A stretch of 64,000 bases of DNA. It comes from an uncultured Acidobacteriota bacterium (GTDB lineage: Bacteria; Acidobacteriota; Terriglobia; Acidiferrales; UBA7541). Made by a program: the position numbers and the translations under genes. Below, in pieces: positions 48,234-59,165 of this stretch. The notes under the pieces were generated by a model. The model saw nothing but the letters and a program-made list of their open reading frames with translations. It was not told the origin of the DNA and searched no databases. Location of the stretch: assembly GCA_963707165.1 (NCBI GenBank), contig CAVPPO010000001.1, forward strand, positions 38,412 to 102,411. The letters run 5' to 3'. The first letter of the stretch is position 1. Every line of letters starts with the position of its first letter.

Positions 48234-50195
48234 CTAAGCCTCCGGCTCCGAAGCCGCCATGGTCTCAGCCGAATTCGGCGCGCCATCAGAGGGCGTGTCA
48301 GCCGGCGCATCATTTGCCGCAGCACGCGGCGCATCGTGCACGCGCGGCCTGGGAGCAGCCGGCGGTGTTGGAGCGCTCGCCGCAGTCTTCGCAGTTCTCT
48401 GCGGATCGACTGCCGGCTTGATCGGCAACTCAATCCGGAATGTTGTGCCGACGCCTGCCTCGCTCTCGACTGAAATCGTGCCGCCGTGATCGCTGATCAC
48501 CGATTGCACCACGGCGAGACCCAAGCCCGTGCCGTGCTGCTTCGTCGTGTAGTACGGCGTGAACAATCGCTCGCATTCTTCCGGCGTGAGGCCCGAACCT
48601 GTGTCCACGATCTCGATCAGCACGATTCCATCGTGTTTCGACGTCGCCAGCGCCAGCACTCCGCCCGAAGGCATGGCATCCATCGCGTTCAGCACCAGAT
48701 TTTCAATCGCGCGGTGCAGCAGCAGTGGATCGGCTTGAATCGCGGGCAAATTTGATTCGAGATGCAGCTCCGGCGTGATCGGCGGGCGGCCCACGGCGCT
48801 GAATTGCGCTTCGAATAGACGCACCACGGTGCGCACGACTTCGTTCACGTCCACTGGCCGCAATTCCGGCTTCGGCATGCGCGCAAAATCGCTGAAACGG
48901 CCGATGATTCCCTTCAAGTTTTCGATTTCCGCCAGCAGCGTTTCGGTGGATTCATCGAATACTTCGTCGAATTCTTCGGCGTCTTTCTTGCGCGCGCGGC
49001 GCAGATTTTCGACGGTAATCTGCAGCGGGAACAACGGATTCTTCAATTCATGGGCGAGCCGCCGCGCCAATTCGCGCCAGGCTGCGACGCGCTCGGATTG
49101 CACGAGCCGGTCGCGCTGCTCGACAAGCTCCTCGGTCATCTTGTTGAACGCCGCGGCCAGTTGCCCGATATCATCCTTCGAGCGCACATCGACGCGCGCG
49201 TTCCAATTCCCCGCGGCCACTTGTTTCGCGCCGTACACCAGCTTCGTCACCGGCTGCGTAATCCGCGCCGCGCCCCACCAGCTCAAAATGGCGCCCAGCA
49301 GCAAGCCGATCCCCGCGACTCCGACTGCCAGCAAAATAATGCGATGCTCGACCACGACGCGCTCGCGCTGCGACGCACCGATCAGCAAGACTCCCAGCAG
49401 TTCATTAGTGCGGCCCTGAAGCGGCAAAAGATGAAACGATTCCGCGCTTGCTGGGTCGGAACTCCAGGTGATTCCGGCGGTCTGCTCGTTCGGTGCCTGC
49501 CGCACTTGCTCGACCAGCGGCGCAAATCGTTCCGCTTCCTGCACCGGGCCATTGGCGTCGAGCAAGGCGTCGCTCGAGAAATCTTTATCGAGATTCAGAT
49601 AAACCAGCGCGCGCATGCCCTCCGAAAGCGCCAGCGTCGAAAGAAAATCCTTGCCGAGCTTCTTCCCGCCGACCACGTAGACGCGCTTGTCCGCCACCGG
49701 CACTGCGCTGGCCACGGCCATCAATCCGAGCGTTGGCCCGTCCTGCGTTTCCATGCGCGTCAGAAAGGCGCCGGCGGAGGCCCAATCTTGCGAGTTGGTC
49801 ACCCAATTCAATTTGTAGCCCGCGCGCGCGGGCCATTCCGCCGAAGAAATAATCGTGCCGTCGGTGGCCACAAAATCCAGAATGTCGAGTTGATGCGCCG
49901 AAGCCACGTTTCGTGCGTCCCAGTAATAAGTGGACGCATCCGCGTTCGGGCGCATGAGTTCAATCGCCATGCGCGTGGTCGCTTCGGCGTCGGCGATGCC
50001 CTTCACTTGCAGCGCTGCTTCCTGCCCGCGCTGCTTGAATTCCTCGCGGAATTGCGCCACCAGCGCGTCGGTTCGCCGCGCGTCCAGTTCTTCGAACGCG
50101 TTGCGAGTAACCAGCGTCACGCCCGCGGCCACAATTCCCACGGCCAGCAGCACGAAGAACGTAAACAGCCAAAATAGTCGCGATCGAAACGTCAC
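48234..50195 (-). CDS. Sensor histidine kinase, NtrY-like (2 TM + extracytoplasmic domain - HAMP - HisKA - HATPase_c)
   Basis: The likely GTG start at 50195 overlaps the upstream gene's stop (GTGA) and follows GGAGAGGGAAG. H-box AHELKNPLFPLQITVENL, DTGSGL, GTGLGLA. The C-terminal tail is Ala/Pro-rich. Confidence 0.9.
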   Translation of the reverse strand: MTFRSRLFWLFTFFVLLAVGIVAAGVTLVTRNAFEELDARRTDALVAQFREEFKQRGQEAALQVKGIADAEATTRMAIELMRPNADASTYYWDARNVASAHQLDILDFVATDGTIISSAEWPARAGYKLNWVTNSQDWASAGAFLTRMETQDGPTLGLMAVASAVPVADKRVYVVGGKKLGKDFLSTLALSEGMRALVYLNLDKDFSSDALLDANGPVQEAERFAPLVEQVRQAPNEQTAGITWSSDPASAESFHLLPLQGRTNELLGVLLIGASQRERVVVEHRIILLAVGVAGIGLLLGAILSWWGAARITQPVTKLVYGAKQVAAGNWNARVDVRSKDDIGQLAAAFNKMTEELVEQRDRLVQSERVAAWRELARRLAHELKNPLFPLQITVENLRRARKKDAEEFDEVFDESTETLLAEIENLKGIIGRFSDFARMPKPELRPVDVNEVVRTVVRLFEAQFSAVGRPPITPELHLESNLPAIQADPLLLHRAIENLVLNAMDAMPSGGVLALATSKHDGIVLIEIVDTGSGLTPEECERLFTPYYTTKQHGTGLGLAVVQSVISDHGGTISVESEAGVGTTFRIELPIKPAVDPQRTAKTAASAPTPPAAPRPRVHDAPRAAANDAPADTPSDGAPNSAETMAASEPEA

Positions 50196-51711
50196 TGCGC
50201 TTCCCTCTCCAACCAAACATCTGCCAAGGGCAGTCCGTTCATGGCTGCCCCCGGCGGCATCGACCAATTCCGCACCCGCGGCCCCAGCCCGTAAACGCGC
50301 GGCAAATGCGCAATCGGCACCACGCGGTAAGTCTCAAGCACCGCTTTCTCTCGCGCGTAAATTTCCGCTGCGCCAGCCGTTTCCGTCAAGCCGAAATCCT
50401 CCTTGCCGAGAAACCCGTCGAGATCCACCAAGTAACTCCTGCGAACGCAGGTCGTGGTAGCGGCGAGCGCAAGCTCAATTCGCATCGATAAGCCGGCGAT
50501 CGTCGAATTTCGTTGACCTAGGCCTTTCCGTCTGCAGACCGACGGGAATCGCGCGAGGCTGATCACCGCAATCCCGCTTCTCTCGCGTTCACCGCGATGC
50601 GCTCCGCCACGGCCTTTCCAGATCATCGTCTGAATAATATCCCAAGACCAGCGACGGCGGCGGCGCGATCTCGTTCACCAAGCGCGCGCGCCGCCGCGGG
50701 ATCGCTCGGGCTCCGGAAACAGAAACTCCGTTCCGCGAGATCCACTGCGGCAATAGCCCACTGGCCGCTTCGCCTTGCTTCTGCAATACCAGATTCACAA
50801 TAGCCGCGCGATCGATCGCATCGCGACAGAGCCTCGCGCAGCGCGCACATTGCGGCCGCGCGCTCGAGCGTAAAAACCACGCCAGCAATTCTACTGGCGG
50901 CGTCGATTCCACTGCGAATCTTTTCGTCGCTGGCTCGTCGCGCCATCTCCGCCGGAATTTCGATCACGTCCGCCTTTCCCACCTCGCAGATCAATCAGGC
51001 GATCGCGCGCGGTGCGATCGAGCTGCACATCCACCGCATCTACAAATGGCCGCCCGCCCCAATATTCCGCGTTCGCTGACATCGTTATGCGGCCTCCCGC
51101 CTTCTGAAAGTCCCACGTATCCACGCGAAAGGGTCCTGTGCCCTGCTCGCCGCTATTAACCATGCGAAAAAGACGGGCAGTGCGCAGCGTCAAGTCCGCC
51201 GGCAGAGTCGGCGACGGCTGAGGCAATTCCATCTGGAATCCGTCGCTGGTCGCCGTACGGCCAGCAAATCGGGCCGGTGCAGCGCCTCGATCGCAGTTTG
51301 TGGTGCAAGCGGCGTTCCATCATGAAACTTTACTCCTGGGCGCAGATGAAACTTCCACTTCTTCATCGTTGCATCGCGCTCCCAGCTTTCCGCGAGCCAC
51401 GGCTGCGGCTCGCCGCGCTCATCGAGGCGTACCAGCGTCTCACTTGTCACCGACGAGAGTTCAGCGTCCAGCCCGCGGGACGCCGGAAGTCTCGGCTGCC
51501 ACGCCTCCTCTAACTCTCCTAATTCGGCCACCAAAGTCCCTCCATAGCTTGGCCGCTCCGAAGCGGGCAATCCGCCGCGAACCAGCAACGGTCTCGTAGG
51601 GGCGGGGCTTGCTGCGCCCTCTTCGCCGCGCGTCAACGCGCCGCTCGTTACCGCGCAAGCCACGACGCCCGCGCTAATCCCCGCAAGAAGCCGTAACAAT
51701 CCCAGCCTCAT
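50192..51711 (-). pseudogene. Solute-binding-protein family 5-like (peptide/nickel SBP fold) gene broken into at least 5-6 frames
   Basis: Consecutive same-strand overlapping ORFs 51190..51711 (signal peptide, ...KKWKFHLRPGVKFHDGTPL), 50891..51232 (GTGPFRV...ANAEYWGGRPFVDAV), 50623..50994 (GKADVIEIPAEMARRAS), 50589..50912 (AIDRAAIVNLVLQKQGEAASGLLP) and 50192..50626 (AAEIYAREKAVLETYRVVPIAHLP). An unlisted frame reads KAVAERIAVNAREAG. Confidence 0.75.
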
Positions 51712-52709
51712 ATTCCCCCGTTCTCAAATCCCGCCAGACCACTCTTGCCGTGTTTTCCGTCTCGCCGGCACCGCAACGCGAGAATCGGCCCCGGAAACGC
51801 CATCTCTTCATCGCCAGCCTTCTGATACGGCCCATCGCCCTCAACCACGCTCAAGGTGTCGGGCTCCGTCCAATCGCCGCGCCCGCTCGCAAGGCCGCGA
51901 TTGCTGCCGCCGCAGGCCCCGCCAATCGCCGCAAAATCGCGCTGCATGCTCACAATGGGACTCGCATCGTATCCACAATTTAAAGCAATCGCGCCGACCA
52001 ACGATAAATCGCACCGCTCGCCCGCAACATATAGCCGGAACGGCTCCGTCGAATCGCTGCGCGGTGGCGCAAAAAATCCCCGCGCATCGCGCGGCACACG
52101 ATAATCGAGCAGCGGATGCGACTCGGCGACCTGCCAACCTTCGGCCGCCGCGCGGTAAACCACCAACCGACGCGGTTCAAGCACAAAAAGCCGGCGCGCA
52201 GCGTCCGCCGAGGCCGCGGGTATCACCAAGAAATCCAAAAGCGGCTCGCGCTGCGACCAAATCAACTCTCGCTGCAATCGCACGCGCGCCTGCGCTTCGT
52301 CTCTTCTGTTCCGCTTTGGCGCGATCCAAAGTCTCGAGCGCGATTTCCTGCGAGTTTCCGCGCTTCGTCACGGCCACAAAAATAATATCGCGCAGATTTT
52401 CCGAAATCGTGACATCGAACATCTCGGCGGCCGTTTCGGCGCTCTCCGTCTTCAGTCCGCGCTGGTGCAATTGCGCTTCCAGCGCCGAACTGAAATCGGC
52501 CACGCGCCCGCGTCCAGCGAAGAGATATTCTTCACGTTCAGCCGTACGGACGCGTGCGCTCCGGCGATGGCCGCAATCTTTGCCGCGAACGAATCGATCG
52601 CGCTATCCCAGGAATTTTTCTGTTGTGCATCGGCAGCCGCGGCTGCGAAGAGCGAGGCAACGATTAGCAGCAGTGCGAGTGAAGGCAATCGGCGGGCGGC
52701 CCGCATCAT
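51708..52709 (-). pseudogene. Secreted hypothetical protein gene split over three frames
   Basis: 52452..52709 (signal peptide MMRAARRLPSLALLLIVASLFAAAAADA...NVKNISSLDAG) continues into 52177..52503 (VADFSSALEAQLHQRGLK...) and then 51708..52283 (RLQRELIWSQREPLLDFLVIP...). ATGA overlap with the SBP-like gene. Confidence 0.55.
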
Positions 52710-52840
52710 TGTGCGCCAGGCGTTCGTGACGAGCCATCATAGCACACGGTCGATGCGCGACCCTCCCAGGCTCACGATCGGCGGTGGGCAGGAATGCAGA
52801 TCCTTCACTTCGTTCAGGATGACAGCGAAAAACTCATGCG

Positions 52841-52897
52841 ACAAAAACTGAAAACCGCCGGCAGGGTGGCTTCGTTGCGGCGGAATCGAAGCCACCC
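52841..52897 (-). terminator. Candidate terminator hairpins downstream of the small minus-strand membrane ORFs
   Basis: 11-bp perfect stem GGGTGGCTTCG (52864-52874) / CGAAGCCACCC (52887-52897). An alternative 6-bp stem CCGCCG (52855-52860) / CGGCGG (52878-52883) is followed on the minus-strand RNA by UUUU. Confidence 0.35.
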
Positions 52898-52974
52898 CGC
52901 AAGGGTTTTTGCCAGCGGTTCCTTCCTCGTCCGCGCGACAGCATCGCCGCTGGGACTCGGAATCCTTAATCTCA

Positions 52975-53422
52975 TCATTCACGGCACACGGCATCGCGCG
53001 TGGCGTCGCTTTGCGCTCGCGGCGAGTTCGGCGCGCCGATTCGCTGATCCTCGCGATGCGTCAGTTTCACCAGTTCAAAGGATTCGCGAATGTCGTGCAC
53101 CACGCCAACCAGCGTCAGCAAGACCCCGCAAGCGCCAACGACCAGCATGAGCTTCAAGAGGAGCATCTGCGTCACCCACGAGTCATCGCACCGAGCCCTG
53201 CGCCGCGGCACGCGCCCTGCTGCGTCCAGTCGCGGGCAATTCGCTATGCGTATCAGGCGCGTTCTCGCCCGAGTTGCTCGCGCCCGGAGTGGCCATCACC
53301 GGATCCGGTGCGGGCATCATCTGCATCAATCCCCACAGAGCCATCCACTCGACCACCACCGCCACCGATATCGAGCCGAGCACGGCCAATCCCACTACTG
53401 CCAGTCCCATGGTGTCTTGCAT
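52975..53422 (-). CDS. One or two small hypothetical membrane proteins (possibly one gene with a frame shift)
   Basis: ATG 53422 is preceded by GGAAGGGAAG: MQDTMGLAVVGLAVLGSISVAVVVEWMALWGLM... (stop 53183). The overlapping ORF 52975..53211 has a second TM (MLLLKLMLVVGACGVLLTLVGVV). No family recognised. Confidence 0.3.
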
Positions 53423-53716
53423 TTTCGTCTTCCCTTCCGTGCGGCTCTGCAACCGCGCCACGTTCTCTCGTTACTGCCCGGGAGCTCTCTTCGTTTAAAC
53501 GCCAGCGAAAGAGAGATTCCACATCGCTTCTCTACCGGGCACCGCCGCTGCCTCAGCATCGGCACTGCCTCTATCGGCAAGCCATGCGCCAATCATGAAT
53601 TGTTGATTTCGCGGCACTTGCGACATGACCGGCCAGGGACGGCCGTGGCGGGGGGCACACGGCGTGGAATCTCAGACGCGGCGGCTCGGGTTGGCTATAA
53701 TGCCGCCGAGGGAGAA

Positions 53717-54844
53717 ATGGACCAACCGTCCGGCATACGCATCGGCCGCATCCTCAACATCCCCATTTATCTGCACCCAAGTTGGTACATCATCTTCGCG
53801 CTCATCACGTTTCTGGTCGGCACGCAGTTCAAAGAGCAACATCCCAGCTGGAGTCCGTCGCAGCATTGGGCGCTGGGCATCATCACCTCGATTCTATTTT
53901 TCGCTTCCGTAGTGACGCACGAACTCGGGCACAGCGTTATCGCGCTTCGCTACAAAATGCCGGTCCAATCCATCACGCTTTTTGTCTTCGGCGGCCTCGC
54001 GCGCATCGACCGCGAACCCTCGAGCGCGCGCCAGGAATTCAACATCGCCATCGCCGGGCCGTTCACCAGCTTTCTGATCGCCGGGGGTTTCTATCTCATC
54101 ACCCGCATTCACGGCGCGAGCGAAATGGTGATCGCGACTGCCACGTGGCTCTGGCAGATCAATTTCATGCTTGCGGCTTTCAATCTGGTGCCCGGCTTTC
54201 CGCTGGACGGCGGGCGCGTGTTCCGCGCGCTGGTGTGGGGCGCCACGAAGGATTTCGCCAAGGCCACGCGCTACGCGGCGCGCAGCGGCCAGGTGATTGC
54301 CTACCTGATGATCTTCGGCGGCATCGCACGATTCGTCCGCGTCGACAAAATCGGCGGCCTGTGGATGGCCTTTATCGGCTGGTTCCTGCTGCAGGCCGCG
54401 CAGGAAAGCTACGCGCAAGTGACCATTCGCTCGGCGCTCGCCGGGATTCACGCCGGCGACGTGATGACTCACGACATTTCTTCGATCGGCCGCGAAAATT
54501 CGATCGAGGATTACGTCCACGAAGTGCTGCGCACCGGCCGCCGCTGCCACGTGGTCACCAACGGCGAAATTCCCGTGGGCCTGATCACTCTCGATTCCGC
54601 GCGCCATATCGATCGCGACGAATGGGCGAACACCTCGATCCAGGCCGCCATGATGCCGCTCGACAAAATTCACTGGGCGCAGCCGGCCGAGCCGGTGCTG
54701 AATGTGCTCGAGCGCATGCAGCGCGAGGATATCAATCAGATGCCGGTGCTTGATGGTGGCCACATCGTAGGCATGATTGCGCGCGACACGATTCTCCGTG
54801 CCCTGCAGACTCGACTGCAGGCTGCGCATTTGGCCGAGCAGTAG
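53717..54844 (+). CDS. Site-2 protease family (M50) metalloprotease with C-terminal CBS pair
   Basis: ATG 53717 is preceded by GAGGGAG. HELGH zinc motif, FNLVPGFPLDGGR motif, and two C-terminal CBS-like units. The track ORF starts at 53090. TATAAT lies at 53695-53700. Confidence 0.9.
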   Translation: MDQPSGIRIGRILNIPIYLHPSWYIIFALITFLVGTQFKEQHPSWSPSQHWALGIITSILFFASVVTHELGHSVIALRYKMPVQSITLFVFGGLARIDREPSSARQEFNIAIAGPFTSFLIAGGFYLITRIHGASEMVIATATWLWQINFMLAAFNLVPGFPLDGGRVFRALVWGATKDFAKATRYAARSGQVIAYLMIFGGIARFVRVDKIGGLWMAFIGWFLLQAAQESYAQVTIRSALAGIHAGDVMTHDISSIGRENSIEDYVHEVLRTGRRCHVVTNGEIPVGLITLDSARHIDRDEWANTSIQAAMMPLDKIHWAQPAEPVLNVLERMQREDINQMPVLDGGHIVGMIARDTILRALQTRLQAAHLAEQ

Positions 54845-54849
54845 TCTGG

Positions 54850-55668
54850 TTGTCGTGGTCGCTCCGCGCATACCAGTCGTTTGGTCCTCGGCATGCAATC
54901 AAAATGGGCGAATCAGTCGAACTCGATCAGTACGGTTCGGCGCCTGTGAGCGGAATGCACCCGAAATCGTTGGTATTCGCGACCTCAAGTTTGCTCGCTG
55001 TGGCGTTACTTCTCATCGGCGTCGCGGCATTTGCGATTGCCGGCGCACCAAAAGAACAAAATCCGATTTCCACAAAAGCTGTTGATTGCATCGACAAGCC
55101 ATCGCAAGCTCTGCGAAGCCCGATTGTCTTCGGCCCGACAGGCAACCGGGCATTCGCGGAGGTGCGATGCAATCTTGTCGGCGCCGGTACGCCCGTTGAA
55201 TGGAGGACATACATCTGGAGCCTTCATCTCGCTGCGAGCGGCAAGCCGTTCTCTGATCATGAAGTCTGGAGGACTCGCGATTCCAATCCAGCTGAGGCCC
55301 AGTTCGAAGTTTTTGGATGGTCCGCCGACGGCAACAACTTGCTTACTGCGACGGTCATGGCCGCAGGCGATTGGGACGAGACGATCCCCGCGATTTACTC
55401 CCTAAGAGACGACAAGGTCTGGCGCGTGCCGCTTGAACCGCTGTTCAAGCGGATTGTTGCTCCCAAATGCCTTTTGCACTTCGACCCCCTCGGATTCTCT
55501 CGAGATGGAATGATCGGTCTCGACGTAATGGACCTCGAAACGCCATATCTCGATGGCCAGAAACCCTGCATCGAGCGAGGCACATGGCTGCTCGACTTCC
55601 GTTCCTCGCGCGTCCGCCGCGCAAGTGCCCAGACCAAGTTCACCATAATCGCCAGGATCGAGCAGTAG
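54850..55668 (+). CDS. Hypothetical membrane-anchored protein
   Basis: 272-aa ORF; alternative starts are 54904 (MGESV) and 54955 (MHPKS). One TM (LVFATSSLLAVALLLIGVAAFAIAG). No family recognised. Confidence 0.55.
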   Translation: MSWSLRAYQSFGPRHAIKMGESVELDQYGSAPVSGMHPKSLVFATSSLLAVALLLIGVAAFAIAGAPKEQNPISTKAVDCIDKPSQALRSPIVFGPTGNRAFAEVRCNLVGAGTPVEWRTYIWSLHLAASGKPFSDHEVWRTRDSNPAEAQFEVFGWSADGNNLLTATVMAAGDWDETIPAIYSLRDDKVWRVPLEPLFKRIVAPKCLLHFDPLGFSRDGMIGLDVMDLETPYLDGQKPCIERGTWLLDFRSSRVRRASAQTKFTIIARIEQ

Positions 55669-55893
55669 TCCGACGTCTCCAAATTCAGGCGTTCAAAATT
55701 ATTCCGACGGAGTATGGAGCGCCAGCCGCCGTTTCACTATCAGGTACCTTTCTCGCGGACGATTGTCCTCCAATGATGCGGGCGGGGACGCCCCCCGTAC
55801 CACCGCGAAACCTTTTCGGTGCCTTCCCCGTATTCGTAGACAGAAATTCGATTTCGAACCGGGACCTCGAAGCGGGGGTGGGGAGCTTCGCGC

Positions 55894-56241
55894 ATGAGCC
55901 GCAAGAATCTTTACTTGTTTCTTTGCGTCATCGGTTTCGCCATTCCCTATTCGCAATTCGTGCCGTGGTTGCTGCACAACGGATTTGATGCGCGGCTGTT
56001 CGTGGCGCAAATGTTCGCCAATCGCATCAGCAGCTTTTTTGTGGCGGACGTGCTTGTGTCTGCGGCTGTTTTGGTGGCGTTCATGGGGCAGGAATCGCGG
56101 CGATTGAAGATTGCTCATCGCGGACTTGCGATTGCCGGGTTGTGCCTGGTCGGTGTGTCGTTTGCTTTGCCGCTTTTCCTTTATCTGCGCGAGCGAGCGC
56201 AAGAATCCGCGAACTTGGGGCCGAAAACCGGGAGGGTCTGA
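55894..56241 (+). CDS. DUF2834-like small membrane protein
   Basis: 115 aa. MSRKNLYLFLCVIGFAIPYSQFVPWLLHNGFD...FVADVLVSA...SFALPLFLYLRE resembles the DUF2834 family. Confidence 0.65.
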   Translation: MSRKNLYLFLCVIGFAIPYSQFVPWLLHNGFDARLFVAQMFANRISSFFVADVLVSAAVLVAFMGQESRRLKIAHRGLAIAGLCLVGVSFALPLFLYLRERAQESANLGPKTGRV

Positions 56242-56251
56242 AGACCCTCCC
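56230..56251 (+). terminator. Perfect 9-bp hairpin spanning the stop codon of the DUF2834-like gene
   Basis: GGGAGGGTC-TGAA-GACCCTCCC. There is no downstream T-run, so terminator function is uncertain. Confidence 0.4.
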
Positions 56252-56327
56252 CTACTAATGCAAATTCAGGAGTGTGCGCTTATCGCGCACTGGCTGGGGT
56301 CTCCTACGCGGCAGCTTCGCTCGTGCG

Positions 56328-56356
56328 TTGACATCTCTCGCTCGCCAGAGTACAAA
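56328..56356 (+). promoter_or_regulatory. Candidate sigma-70-type promoter for the cytochrome c gene
   Basis: TTGACA (56328-56333), a 17-nt spacer, then TACAAA (56351-56356), about 70 nt upstream of ATG 56429. Confidence 0.4.
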
Positions 56357-56428
56357 GTTGCTGTTCTTTACCGGATGCCAATCGCTTACGTTAAAGTTCA
56401 AATCAATACTCTGGATGGGAGGATCGTC

Positions 56429-56866
56429 ATGACCCTTCGGGCAATGTGCCGTTTCGGGACCCTGTGCGCAGCGGTGTTGCTGATCGCCGGCGTGGCAAGC
56501 GCCCAGGATAAGCCGGTCAAGAAAGAGCCGATCAAGGCGTCCAATCCCTCCTCCGGAGCAGAGATGTACAAGCAGTACTGCGCCGTCTGCCACGGAAAAA
56601 CAGGAAAAGGAGACGGTCCCGCGGCGGCCGATCTGAAAACCGCTCCGGCCGACCTCAGCGCTTTGGCAAAGAAAAACGACGGCAAGTTCCCCGGCGATCA
56701 CGTTGCCAGCGTGCTGCGCAATGGCGTGAAGGCGCCCGCGCACGGAACGTCGGACATGCCGACATGGGGACCGCTGTTCACGTCCGTCAGCTCGAAGGAT
56801 GACGCCATCGTGAACATGCGCATCACGAATCTGACGAACTACCTCAAATCGCTGCAAGAAAAATAG
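56429..56866 (+). CDS. Secreted monohaem c-type cytochrome
   Basis: ATG is preceded by GGGAGGA. It has a signal peptide, the haem motif CAVCH, and distal Met candidates (DMPTWG). Confidence 0.85.
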   Translation: MTLRAMCRFGTLCAAVLLIAGVASAQDKPVKKEPIKASNPSSGAEMYKQYCAVCHGKTGKGDGPAAADLKTAPADLSALAKKNDGKFPGDHVASVLRNGVKAPAHGTSDMPTWGPLFTSVSSKDDAIVNMRITNLTNYLKSLQEK

Positions 56867-57122
56867 CGGTCGTTCGCCGCAGCAGGAATCCGGCCGCGGC
56901 CCGCGAGAATGTAGCGCGAAGTTCCGACCGAACTTGCGCCGATTTTCGGCGAACGTGTGCCTACCTGTGCGCGTCGTGCTTCGGTGTGCGCTAGTTTGGC
57001 TTCGTTTTCTGTTCTCTGTCGTTGGATCCCTGCCGCAGCCACGTCTTTACCCCACTACCCCCGTACCCGATCGCAGTTGTGACGGCGAACGAGAGGATGT
57101 TGTTAATATAAGCGGGGAGCTC

Positions 57123-57636
57123 GTGTTAATGCTCTCTGCTTGGATCAGCAGGCTATATCTTCCGCGGAGGATTGGGCAGGTTGTGAATCCTATCTTCCGC
57201 TTCTTCTTTAAACCGACGCGTGGTGCTGCGAGCATTTTGCTTGTTCGCCTTGCCGTTGGCCTGATCTTCTTGACCAGGGCATTCTGAAATTTATCGATCC
57301 GAACATGGGCGTGGTTCGCTTTACGAGAATCGGCTTTCTGCATCCTATTTCACGGCCACTTTGTGGGACTTTTGAGATCGCCTGCGGTTTGCTGTGCTGC
57401 TGGGACTATGGACGGGTGGCGCCGATTCCGCTGCTGATCGTCATCACGACCGCGATCGCGACCACGAAGCTTCCGGAACTGTTTCGCGCGAATCAGGGCT
57501 TTTGGTACATGGTGAGCGACGCGCGCACCGATTTCGCGATGCTCTGCTCGCTTCTGTTCCTGATCTTCGGCGGGCGGTGGTGCGTGGTCGCTAGATGCGA
57601 ATGCGCGGCCGCGGAAATATTTCGAGGCGAATTCCA
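57123..57636 (+). pseudogene. DoxX-family membrane protein gene with several frame shifts
   Basis: ...ASILLVRLAVGLIFLT (frame of 56934..57287, stops at 57285-57287) continues in another frame as GILKFIDPNMGVVRFTRIGF...VAPIPLLIVITTAIATTKLPELF...LFLIFGG. The DoxX-type C-terminus GGGAWSLDA is seen only in a third frame near 57575. Confidence 0.6.
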
Positions 57637-59165
57637 TGAGCGAACCGGACTGGAGTCGAGACGGCAGTTTCTAAAGACTAATGGGCACTTGGAGCTGGAG
57701 CGTTTATGCTCTTCCCGAGAATCTCTTGCGCCCAAGCGGCATTTGCGACGCAGCAGATCGCAAACCTCGCCATTGCACCGAACGAGCTCAGATTCCGCGG
57801 ATTACACGCTGCGCATCCAAGACGTCTCCCATCGAGATCGCGCCGAATCGGATCATCTCGACGACGACATACAACGGGCAGTTCCCCGGGCCGCTGCTTC
57901 GCTTCAAGGAAGGGCAGCAGGTGACCGTGGACGTCTACAACGAGACGGACACGCCGGAGCAACTCCACTGGCACGGCCAGAAGGTGCCCACCGATGTGGA
58001 CGGAGCGGCCGAGGAAGGCACGCCGTTCATTCCCGCGCACGGCAAGCGGCGAATCGTCATTCACGCCGCAGTCCGGCGGGCTTCCGCTTCTATCACACGC
58101 ACAATCGCGCGGGCGCCAATCTTTCTGCCGGGCAGTACAGCGGCCAAGTGGGGCCGGTGTACATCGAGCCGAAGCACGAGCCGGGCAGCTACGATCGCGA
58201 AGTGTTTCTGGTCCTGAAGGAGTTCGAGCCCACCTTCAGCCGCGGCGGCGACATGGCTCAGGATTTTCTGTCCCCGGCGACGCGCGATCAAGGCGCTCGA
58301 AGAGACAGGCGAATCGGCGATGAAGGCTTCGCTCGCCAAAGGGATGCCGCACGGATACGAAGTCGGCTACGACTCGTTCACCATCAATGGGCGAATGCTC
58401 GGCCACGGAGAGCCGATCCGCGTGAAGCACGGCGAACGAGTTCTGTTTCACATCTTGAACGGAAGCGCCACGGAGATTCGCAGCCTGGCGCTGCCGGGCC
58501 ACTCGTTTCAGGTGGTGGCGCTCGACGGCAATCCGGTGCCGAATCCGGCGACGGTTCCCGTGCTCTGGCTGGGCACCGCCGAGCGCATCTCCGCCATCGT
58601 GGAAATGAACCACCCCGGCGTGTGGATCATGGGCGATCTCGCCGACGACGATCGGCAGCACGGCATGGGCATTGTCGTGGAATACGCCGGGCGCCCGGGC
58701 AAGGCGCAATGGATCGCGCCGCCGCCTTTCAAGTGGAACTACACGCGCTTCGCGAAAGCCGGCGCGACTGTCCCCGGCACCGGACGAGACGATCGACATG
58801 ACGTTTGCGAAGGACAACGCCGCCGAAGAAGGCTTCAATCGCTGGACCATCAACGGCGCGGCTTATCCGATGACCGACGAAATGGTTCCCGCCTCATTCC
58901 ATTTGAAGCACGGCAAGCGCTATCGAATCCGCATGCGCAACGCCAGCGACGACATCCATCCGATCCATCTTCATCGCCACAGTTTCGAACTGACGCAGCT
59001 TGGCTGGAAAGCCAACCGCGGGAATATTGAAAGATGTGTTGATGCTGGGCGGCTACCAGGAGGCGGAAGTGGATTTCGTCGCCGACAACCCGGGGCTGAC
59101 GCTGTTCCATTGCCACCAGCAACTGCACATGGATTTCGGCTTCATGACGCTGTTCGATTATGTTA
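57637..59165 (+). pseudogene. Multicopper oxidase (Tat-signal, three cupredoxin domains) fragmented into about 8-9 frame segments
   Basis: Segments in alternating frames: MSEPDWS / RRQFLKT (Tat motif), TYNGQFPGPLLRFKEGQQVTVDVYNETDTPEQLHWHG, AGFRFYHTHN...YIEPKHEPGSYDREVFLVLKEF, MKASLAKGMPHGYEVGYDSFTINGR...LDGNPVPNP...HPGVWIMGD, DETIDMTFAK...IHPIHLHRHSFEL, GKPTAGILKDV...FHCHQQLHMDFGFMTLFDY. All Cu-site motifs are present but lie in different frames. Confidence 0.8.

Noticed and set aside
44963-59165. Programmed ribosomal frameshifting or a diversity-generating mechanism as the explanation for the multi-frame genes
   Set aside because: There are too many shifts per gene (up to about 9), in both directions, without shared slippery heptamers or downstream pseudoknots. 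There is also no reverse transcriptase or template repeat. Indel errors or pseudogenisation are far more parsimonious.
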